NCBI GenBank assembly: GCA_028278325.1 | Contig: JANQEO010000039.1 | Location: 52,255 to 116,254 of the forward strand | Length of the DNA stretch: 64,000 nucleotides | Direction: 5' to 3' | DNA from: Candidatus Binatia bacterium | GTDB lineage: Bacteria; Desulfobacterota; Binatia; UBA1149; JAJCZL01 | Shown: positions 42,741 through 49,812 of the stretch, piece after piece | Layout of the letters: each line of letters begins with the position of its first letter | Numbering within the stretch: the first letter of the stretch is position 1 | Position numbers and translations under genes: made by a program | Notes under the pieces: model-generated | What the model was told of the DNA's origin: nothing | Seen by the model: the letters and a program-made list of their open reading frames with translations, nothing else | Database searches by the model: none

Positions 42741-45700
42741 TACTTACACCGCAGAGAGTTGCCGCTGCCTGAGAGGGTGCAGGGCGGTGTGGTGCCGATC
42801 CAGGTTCCGTCGCCGACGGTGAACGTGACGTCTGCGCTGGCCGCCGCACTCGCTGCCGACGCATCGCTGTCCTTGAAAGTGACGTTGAGCTTGTAGCCGC
42901 TGTCCCTGACCTTGATCGTAACTCGCCACAGGCCGTCGGCTTGAGGCGGCGCTGACGGCTTCCACTTGAAGCGATTGCCTTTGTTGTTGGTCGACCAGTC
43001 CGGATCGCCGGGATCGAGTGTCATCGATGCGATCGTGGATGCGCCGTCCTCTATCGACAGGCTCACAGTCTGTGACGGCGGATCGAACACCAGCCCCGAT
43101 TCGTCGAGCTCCTCGCTCTTGAGCTTCACCCGCTGTTCCCCGGCCGCTTTGGTCAGCCGGGTTACCTTCATGGTCTTGGTGATGAAGGGACGCGGCGGCG
43201 GAAGGGTCGTCGTTGTCGTCGAGGTGCTGGTGGTAGTTGTCGAGGTAGTAGTCGTGGTGGTCGTGGCTCCGGGCTCGCAAGCGTTGCCGATCCCGTTCAT
43301 GTCGGTGTCGTTCTGGGTCGGGTTGGGTACATCGGCGCAGTTGTCGGCACGGTTCATGTGCCCGTCGCCGTCCCGGTCCAGGGCCATGCGCGTGCCCGAT
43401 CCGAAGGGAGCGCAGGTATAGGTAAGCTCTTGACCCGGCACCGAAGCCTGCGTTCGGAACGACGATTCCTCGACCGGGGAGCTGCCGTCGTCGGGCTGGA
43501 CGTCCCCGCCCGGCAGTAACAGTGCCGAGATCTGATCGGTTCCCACCGTCCCCTTGATCACCACGTCGCATTGCGTGGATCCCGGACCCAGCAGCTTGGA
43601 GGGATAGGGCGTGGCCGCTGCGGTGATCATGTCGTTGATGCGTGTATCGACGGTCGCCGCACTCGTCGAGGTCTTGGTTATCTGTTGGCCGACGATCGGC
43701 GGCAGGTCGGTATCGAATACGAGCATGAAGGCTTCGATGTCGACGCCCGAGCCTATGTTCGTGTCGAATACATTCAACTCGAAGAACCGCCTGACCGTGT
43801 CGAAGCTGCCGTCATGGGTGAAGCCGAAACCTCGTACCTGAGGTCCCTGGTTGGTGTAGTCCCCGCTCGTCGGCAACCTCGGCGTACGTGCCATGCCGAA
43901 CATGCCGATCTTCTGGTACTGGTTGCGAAGGTGGGGAGTCTTCAACTCGCGCACCGTTCCTTGCTCGGTGGATGTTCCGTCGGCACCGAAAAAGCCTTCG
44001 GACGGTGAGATGATGTGGCAGACGTTGCAGCTGCCGGTCGTGTCCGATGTCGGCCCGAAGAATATGCCGGAACCGATACTTTCATCCGGCCTCAAGGAGT
44101 TGTCGAGTTGCCGTAGCGGATTGGGGGGATACCTGATCTCCAGTGCGAAGTCGGTGAACTTCTGCATGTCGGCTGCAGAAAACTCGCCTTCGTCGCGGCC
44201 GACCAACCCGGGGAAAGCGACGTTGAAGGCGTTGAAGGCCTGCACCGCATCGCCCTGGCGGTCACCGCGCCAGTGCTGGGGACCCATGTCGGCCAGCCCG
44301 CGCAGGCTCTGCGTAATCATCGGGCCCTTGATGGGATGGAAGTCTGTGGGGGCGCCGGCCCTGAGCGGGTTGGTGTTCTCTGCCACGAGGCCGTCGGGAT
44401 CCCCGAGATCCCAGGCCAGGTCGTCCATGTCTCCGAACAAATGGCAGCTTGCACACGACGCCTCGCCGTTGCTGCCGGTCAAGATCGCGTCGTACAGGAA
44501 GGGCCGGCCGTTGATCACGCGCAGAGGCTCGGGATTGTGCAGCGGTACGCGTTGTATCTCGGTGCCGACGCTTCCCAGCGTCAGGTCGACGACCACTACG
44601 GAGTTGTTGAAGCGTGTCAGAGTGAACAACAAGTCACCGTCGACTACTACTCCCGCCGGCCCTCCGCCCGACAGTGTTATGTGATCGGCGGCGTCGGGTA
44701 CGAAGGTGTCATTCTCCAAAGCGTTGGTATCGAAGACGCCGATTTTCCCTGAGCCGAAAGCCGCCAGGTAGAGGGTCTGTCCGTCGGCGCTGATGTCCAT
44801 TCCCACTGGAGTGGAAAGGCTCTTGTCCTGGGCGCCGGCCGGTTGGGGGATGGCGCTATAGTCGATGTGCTTGTTCAGATGTCGGGGCGTGACGGCGCCC
44901 GCCGGCTCGATTACGGTGATGCGGCTCTCGGCGAGGCGCCCTCGCACCGAAGCCGGCTCACCCATGGGCTTGATCGGTCCGGAGATGGTGCCGAATCCTT
45001 CCAGGCGCACTTCGTTGCGTGCTTCCGTGTTCGAGACATAGAGCTTTCCGGAAACCGGGTTGACGGCCATGTTGAAAAGGATGGTACCGACATGGGCGAA
45101 GGAGTCCGTCTCTACCGGCGGATTCGCGTTGGCCGAGATCGCGAACACGTCGAGGTCGGGTAACTCGAAACGCACCGCAGCGCTCCAGTCACGTCCGAGC
45201 TCGTCTTGCCAAGTATCCGAGGTGCCGCCGTCGCGGTTGAGCTTCACGATCAGACCGGTTTCGTTTTTTGCAACGCCTTCCTGGTTCTTGTGAGGCGGAG
45301 GGTAGCCGCCCGGCATGATCACGCCGTCCACACTGCATGGGCCTTCCACGGTTTCCGCCGCGGCGTTGGCCGGGCTGGTGTCGCACACCGAAGCCTCGTT
45401 GAGGGTCGTGGTCTGGTTGCCGGAGCGGAACACGGCGGTGTAGACGGTGGATAGATCGGGGCTGACCGCCAACGCGCGCGGCTTGTCGCCGAACAAGGTC
45501 ACGATGCTGAGCGGAGTGCCGCCCATGGCGGCGCCGAGGCTGTTCGCGTTGAAGACCCAGACGTCGGCACGTCCTACGCCTTCGACGTCGTACTCGCCGC
45601 GCGGATAGGGCGAATTCTGGCCACGGTGGGCCGTTGTGATGAAGGCTCGGTCGCCGCCGCTACCGGCAAAGACGATGTCTCGCGGCTCGTCGCCGACCAG

Positions 45701-46042
45701 CAGCGTTCTCGTGACCCGCGGGACCCCGCTGACGTCGACGATGCTGATGCTGTCGGAAAGATGGTTGACGACCCAGACCTCGGTGTTGGTGCGCGCGGCC
45801 ACCGCGACGGGTTCCATGCCGACGGCCACCGAGCCGGAGCGCGTGATCCCGCCCGGTCCGACGTCGAAGATCTCAAGGGTGTTGTCAGGGGTATTACACA
45901 CGAAAAGGCGGGTCTTGTCCGGTGACAGGGCCAGAGGGCGCACGGGCCCGCTTTCGAAGGTGATGAAGTCGGTTTGGGCTTGGGCAGGCGCCGCAGATAC
46001 GGCGAAGACAAAGGCAATCAAGGCGACGGAGAGAGTTCTCAT
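42740..46042 (-). CDS. secreted fusion protein: beta-propeller region + dihaem cytochrome c peroxidase/MauG-like domain + TSP3-type Ca repeat + Thr-rich linker + C-terminal beta-rich domain
   Basis: I chose ATG 46042, 20 nt after the bcp stop, giving the signal peptide MRTLSVALIAFVFAVSAAPAQA. The N-terminal ~500 aa have YVTN/lactonase-like blade repeats (LFVCNTPDNTLEIFDV, KLYVSNTEARNEV, TLYLAAFGSGKIGVFD). Two CXXCH motifs (CASCH, CNVCH). KTPHLRNQY and GFGFTHDGSFDTV resemble the CCP blocks PSLRN and HDG. The TSP3-like repeat is DRDGDGHMNRADNCADVPNPTQNDTD. The linker is a Thr/Ser run of the type TTTTTTSTTTT... Confidence 0.8.
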   Translation of the reverse strand: MRTLSVALIAFVFAVSAAPAQAQTDFITFESGPVRPLALSPDKTRLFVCNTPDNTLEIFDVGPGGITRSGSVAVGMEPVAVAARTNTEVWVVNHLSDSISIVDVSGVPRVTRTLLVGDEPRDIVFAGSGGDRAFITTAHRGQNSPYPRGEYDVEGVGRADVWVFNANSLGAAMGGTPLSIVTLFGDKPRALAVSPDLSTVYTAVFRSGNQTTTLNEASVCDTSPANAAAETVEGPCSVDGVIMPGGYPPPHKNQEGVAKNETGLIVKLNRDGGTSDTWQDELGRDWSAAVRFELPDLDVFAISANANPPVETDSFAHVGTILFNMAVNPVSGKLYVSNTEARNEVRLEGFGTISGPIKPMGEPASVRGRLAESRITVIEPAGAVTPRHLNKHIDYSAIPQPAGAQDKSLSTPVGMDISADGQTLYLAAFGSGKIGVFDTNALENDTFVPDAADHITLSGGGPAGVVVDGDLLFTLTRFNNSVVVVDLTLGSVGTEIQRVPLHNPEPLRVINGRPFLYDAILTGSNGEASCASCHLFGDMDDLAWDLGDPDGLVAENTNPLRAGAPTDFHPIKGPMITQSLRGLADMGPQHWRGDRQGDAVQAFNAFNVAFPGLVGRDEGEFSAADMQKFTDFALEIRYPPNPLRQLDNSLRPDESIGSGIFFGPTSDTTGSCNVCHIISPSEGFFGADGTSTEQGTVRELKTPHLRNQYQKIGMFGMARTPRLPTSGDYTNQGPQVRGFGFTHDGSFDTVRRFFELNVFDTNIGSGVDIEAFMLVFDTDLPPIVGQQITKTSTSAATVDTRINDMITAAATPYPSKLLGPGSTQCDVVIKGTVGTDQISALLLPGGDVQPDDGSSPVEESSFRTQASVPGQELTYTCAPFGSGTRMALDRDGDGHMNRADNCADVPNPTQNDTDMNGIGNACEPGATTTTTTTSTTTTSTSTTTTTLPPPRPFITKTMKVTRLTKAAGEQRVKLKSEELDESGLVFDPPSQTVSLSIEDGASTIASMTLDPGDPDWSTNNKGNRFKWKPSAPPQADGLWRVTIKVRDSGYKLNVTFKDSDASAASAAASADVTFTVGDGTWIGTTPPCTLSGSGNSLRCK
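43205..43264 (-). repeat. Thr/Ser-rich linker coding low-complexity tract in the CCP-fusion protein
   Basis: Encodes TTTTTTTSTTTTSTSTTTTT. The composition matches the linkers in the 24700 gene, but the nucleotide sequence is not identical. Confidence 0.9.
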
Positions 46043-46061
46043 GGCGGCGGACCGAGTCGGA

Positions 46062-46529
46062 CTATAGGGCTTTGACGGCCTCCAGCACCTCGTCGGCGTG
46101 CCCATCGACTTTGACCTTTCGCCATTCACGGCGCAAGACGCCTTTTGCGTCTATGAGGAAGGTGCTTCGCTCGACGCCCCTTACCTGCTTGCCGTACATG
46201 TTCTTGAGCTTGATCACATCGTAGGCTTTGCAGGCTTTCTCGTCCTTGTCGGAGAGCAGATGGAAGGGGAACCCCTGCTTGTCCTTGAACTTCTCGTGCG
46301 ATGCTGTCGAGTCTCGCGAGACGCCGAGGATCACGGCGCCGGCGCGCTTGAACTTGGCGTGAGCGTCGCGGAAGTCGCCTCCCTCACGCGTGCATCCGGG
46401 GGTGCTGTCCTTTGGGTAGAAGTACAGAACTACCTTCTTGCCCTTCAACGTGGACAGCTCGATGGTCTGATCGCCCGTGGCAGGGAGTTTGAAGGCCGGG
46501 GCTTTCTTACCGACGGCTACAGTAGGCAT
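46062..46529 (-). CDS. bcp: thioredoxin-dependent peroxiredoxin Bcp
   Basis: VVLYFYPKDSTPGCTREG contains the peroxidatic Cys motif. Length and overall pattern fit Bcp/PrxQ. Confidence 0.9.
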   Translation of the reverse strand: MPTVAVGKKAPAFKLPATGDQTIELSTLKGKKVVLYFYPKDSTPGCTREGGDFRDAHAKFKRAGAVILGVSRDSTASHEKFKDKQGFPFHLLSDKDEKACKAYDVIKLKNMYGKQVRGVERSTFLIDAKGVLRREWRKVKVDGHADEVLEAVKAL

Positions 46530-46577
46530 CGGCGTGCTATGCAGGGTTAGCCACCGGTTGTCAAAACGGCCCGGTCT

Positions 46578-49469
46578 TCAGTCGCACTCCAATATGATCT
46601 TGTCGCGGTCGGGTCTTCCTTCGCCTTCCACCGGGCTGGTGATCGACTTGAGCTTGAGACGCTCGCCCTGGGGCACGTCGATTTCGAAGCTATCCGTACA
46701 CACCGAACCCGACACCGCCGGCGGCAGCCACGGCTCGTAGACAACGCCGGTGCCGATGTCACAGCGTCCGTTGCCCTTGCCGAGCGAGGTGTCGCACTCG
46801 TGATCGTTGGGGATGTCGCAAGTCGACTTCTTTATCCCTTTGCGGCAGCGGTCGGGGATGAAGGCGAAAGGCGGCGGTGCTTCGTCATTGGCGATCAAGG
46901 CGCGCACAGCCGCGGTAACTGTCTGCGTGGCGGCGGCCTGGTCGGCCTCTGTCACCTTCACTCGACGCAGCTCGAAGGTCTTGATGTCAGCCGGCACGCA
47001 GGTGCCGACTCCCGGCCTCGCGAAGCAGAGGCCGACGCTGAAGGTGCAAGTCCCTACAGCGGGATTGGCATCACAGGCCGTATTGTCGACGCAGGTCTGC
47101 CGGGTCTTGTCGAGGTTGATCGGAGCCGGCGGGTTGTCGATCGTCCAGGCGCTGTGGCACTCCTTTCTGCTCGTCAGCTCGCGGCGGCCGACAACTCCGA
47201 CGCGCGTGCAGTCGCTCTCGCATCCGCTGTCGGCAACTCCGTTGAGTGCGCCCAGGTCGCATTCCTCGTCGCACTCTTGCTCCCCGTTCCCGCAGACCGG
47301 AATCAGGCACGACGTATCCGAGCAATCATCGACGCCCACGCCGCAGAACAAGTCGAGCGCGCCCGTGGTGTCGCAAACAGGCCCGCTGCAGACGCCGTCC
47401 GGAGGACCGGTGTCACAGTCGGTGTTGGTCGTGCACGAGGCGCCGGTGTTCCCGGCCGTGCACTTGGTCTGCGGCCCCGCCACCAAAGAGCCGGTACAGC
47501 CCGGACCGCAGGTGCTGCCCAGACACAGGCCGTCCAATGCGCCGGGAACCGTGTCGCAGTCGGCGTTGGTGTTGCATGCCGTTCCGGTAGCCAGGCCCGA
47601 GGCGCACTCGCCGTCACCGGTGGCCCTGCCGCAACCTCGGTCACATTGCTCGGCAAGTATGCAAGTGCCGTCACCTGCTCCCGGTGAGCTGTCGCAGTCA
47701 TCGTTGTCGTTACAGGAGGTGCCGAAGGGCCGGCCCGCAGTGCAGCCCCCGTCGAGCTGGCCGTTGCCGCATTCCAACTGGCAGCTCGAGTTGCAGCCGT
47801 CGCCCGAGACCGTGTTGCCGTCGTCGCATTCTTCCGGACCGCCGTTGTTGAAGATGAAGCCGTCGCCGCACACGGCGTTGAAGCAGGTGGTAGGACAGGC
47901 GTCGTTGTCACTGTTGTTGCCGTCGTCGCATTGCTCGAGATCGCAAACGCCGTCGCCGGCTCCCATGCTCGTGTCGCAGTCGGAGTCTTGTTCGCACACG
48001 ATGCTTGCCGGTTGACCGGCGCTACAGTTGCCGTTGATGACACCGTCACGGCATTCCACGTTGGCCGTATTCGAGCAGTCGTTCTCGCAGCCATCGCCGG
48101 GTGTCGCGTTGCCGTCGTCGCAATCTTCCGGGCCTCCTCCCGGTCCGGTCATGCAAGACAGATCCGAACAGGTGAAGCCGTCACCGCAGCTGGCCGGCAC
48201 GCAGGTGTTGGGGCAGTCGTCGGCGTTGCTGCTGTTGCCGTCGTCGCAGGTCTCGCCTGCATCGATGTTGCCGTCGCCGCAGAAGGGTTCGAGGAGACAG
48301 CTCGCGTCGCAGCCGTCACCCGGCGTGGTGTTGCCGTCGTCGCATTCTTCGCCGGGATCGATGATGTCGTCTCCGCACTCGGGCAGTTCGCAGTTACCCT
48401 GACAGCCGTCACCATCGATGTTGTTGCCGTCGTCGCACTCCTCGGTGCCGGCGGTCACCCCGTTGCCGCAGGCCGTGAAGGTGCAGTTGCCGCCAGTTGC
48501 GGCATCGTCGTCGCAGCCGTCGTCGTTGGTCAGGTTGCCGTCGTCACATTCTTCGTCGACGCCCGTCGCGGTAATGTCGATCACCGAGTTTCCGCACAGG
48601 GTGGACTCGGCGATGCCGTTGGAGCCGGTGTCAGTGCAGACCGTAGTCTCGGAGAAGCCGGGAATCGGTTGAAAGCCTTCGCCGACGGCCATGACGTTCT
48701 CGTCGTCGCCGGCAAAGGGGGAATCGTTGATGCCGTCGGCGCCGGTGAGGATCACAGGCAGCGTGAAGTCATCACCTGACGCTGTCGTTTGCAGGATGCC
48801 GTCGGGCCCTGGCGTGATGCAGCTGTTACCGGGGCTTACGCAGGGGAAGCAGTTCACGCTGTTCAGATCGATGAGGTCGTCGCCGGCGTTCGACGAATCG
48901 ATGTTGCTATTGGTTCCCGGGCACACGATAGCCGAGACCACGTCGTCACCGGCAGCCGTCGTGTCCAAGGTGACGTTCAGTCCGGGGATCACGCCGACCT
49001 GCTGGGGTGTGCTCTGACCGGTCGGAGTTATGACGACGTCATCGGAGCCGGGAAGGAATATGACGGTGTTGTCGCAGACGCCGTTGTCGCGGTCGTCGTT
49101 GACGACATCACGACCGGAAATTATTGCACGCGTATTCGGCGAACCCTGCCCAACGGGAATCACCTGGACGTCATCGCCGGCAGCAGTCGAGTCACAGATG
49201 CCGTCGGCGCCGGCAAGGACTTGGGGCAAGGACGGCGGGCTGGGAACCGTGTCGTCACCGGCCGGCGTAGAGTCCAGCGTGGCGTTGGTACCTGCGGATA
49301 TGCATGAGGCAGACGCTACGCCGTTGCCGGCGGCCACGTTTTGCATGTCAGGAGCGGATGCTGCGGGGGCGGCTGCCGAAAGGAGTAACAGCGTCGCCAA
49401 GGCGACTCTCAAGTGTGTGTGCGAGTCGAACTTTGAACGCTGAGCGTGACGCTCGAAGCGGATGCGCAT
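46578..49469 (-). CDS. giant secreted Cys-rich repeat protein (AGDD-type repeats, ECDDGN Myxococcus-type Cys-rich repeats, CxxGxxxGxxC-DCD mini-modules)
   Basis: I chose ATG 49469, which has AAGGGGGG upstream. Seven xAGDD repeats lie in 48684..49286. Seven E(E/T/D/Q)CDDGN units lie in 47769..48596. Four units are of the type C(S/T)AGxxxx(S/T)xCxxxxDCD(T/S)xxGxxDGxC. Confidence 0.8.
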   Translation of the reverse strand: MRIRFERHAQRSKFDSHTHLRVALATLLLLSAAAPAASAPDMQNVAAGNGVASASCISAGTNATLDSTPAGDDTVPSPPSLPQVLAGADGICDSTAAGDDVQVIPVGQGSPNTRAIISGRDVVNDDRDNGVCDNTVIFLPGSDDVVITPTGQSTPQQVGVIPGLNVTLDTTAAGDDVVSAIVCPGTNSNIDSSNAGDDLIDLNSVNCFPCVSPGNSCITPGPDGILQTTASGDDFTLPVILTGADGINDSPFAGDDENVMAVGEGFQPIPGFSETTVCTDTGSNGIAESTLCGNSVIDITATGVDEECDDGNLTNDDGCDDDAATGGNCTFTACGNGVTAGTEECDDGNNIDGDGCQGNCELPECGDDIIDPGEECDDGNTTPGDGCDASCLLEPFCGDGNIDAGETCDDGNSSNADDCPNTCVPASCGDGFTCSDLSCMTGPGGGPEDCDDGNATPGDGCENDCSNTANVECRDGVINGNCSAGQPASIVCEQDSDCDTSMGAGDGVCDLEQCDDGNNSDNDACPTTCFNAVCGDGFIFNNGGPEECDDGNTVSGDGCNSSCQLECGNGQLDGGCTAGRPFGTSCNDNDDCDSSPGAGDGTCILAEQCDRGCGRATGDGECASGLATGTACNTNADCDTVPGALDGLCLGSTCGPGCTGSLVAGPQTKCTAGNTGASCTTNTDCDTGPPDGVCSGPVCDTTGALDLFCGVGVDDCSDTSCLIPVCGNGEQECDEECDLGALNGVADSGCESDCTRVGVVGRRELTSRKECHSAWTIDNPPAPINLDKTRQTCVDNTACDANPAVGTCTFSVGLCFARPGVGTCVPADIKTFELRRVKVTEADQAAATQTVTAAVRALIANDEAPPPFAFIPDRCRKGIKKSTCDIPNDHECDTSLGKGNGRCDIGTGVVYEPWLPPAVSGSVCTDSFEIDVPQGERLKLKSITSPVEGEGRPDRDKIILECD
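47769..48596 (-). repeat. array of seven ECDDGN-type Cys-rich repeats (Myxococcus cysteine-rich repeat type)
   Basis: Repeated C-G-(N/D)-G-x(5-7)-E-E-C-D-D-G-N-x(3-5)-D-G-C-x(3)-C units are visible in the translation. Confidence 0.8.
48684..49286 (-). repeat. seven degenerate ~25-30 aa repeats centred on (T/S/P)xAGDD
   Basis: TPAGDD, TAAGDD, PGSDD, TAAGDD, SNAGDD, TASGDD and PFAGDD, each followed by a short hydrophobic strand (V-x-V-I-P, V-V-I-T-P, etc.). Confidence 0.7.
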
Positions 49470-49516
49470 ACGCGAACCCCCCTTGGCAGCCACCTCTGGC
49501 GGCCGCAGCGCCTTGT

Positions 49517-49546
49517 CGTCTATCGCATCGCGAGTCGGCCTGTCAA
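49517..49546 (-). promoter_or_regulatory. sigma70-like promoter candidate for the 46578..49469 gene (and possibly bcp and the CCP-fusion gene downstream)
   Basis: The minus strand reads TTGACA-N18-TAGACG, about 48 nt upstream of ATG 49469. Confidence 0.4.
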
Positions 49547-49741
49547 CGACAAAACCCTCGGGTCCGTCAGAGATCCTGGCAGATACTCGTGGTTCTCGAC
49601 CCCGTTCGAGCCAAGCGTCCCCCGAATGGGTGAATCGTGCCTAAACCGTTCCCTAATTTGGAGTCAGGTATTTCGGTAGTCGTGCCTTCGGGCAGTTGTC
49701 TTTGCGTGAGATTCGGACGGGGATCAGCACCTTGACAAGGT

Positions 49742-49771
49742 TAGTCGCGGTTGTGTACAGCACGCAGTTGA
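49742..49771 (+). promoter_or_regulatory. sigma70-like promoter candidate for the 49813 giant Cys-rich protein gene
   Basis: TTGACA-N18-TACAGC, about 40 nt upstream of ATG 49813. Confidence 0.4.
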
Positions 49772-49812
49772 ACACCCAGTCAGGCTGCGGCAACGAGCAC
49801 AAGGGGGGCCAT

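Noticed and set aside
46534-46564. TTGACA-N19-TAGCAC as a dedicated, leaderless promoter for bcp.
   Set aside because: The -10-like hexamer ends only 4 nt before the ATG, which is too close for normal TSS geometry. bcp is more simply read as part of the transcript from the upstream gene. I mention it only in the promoter-pattern finding.
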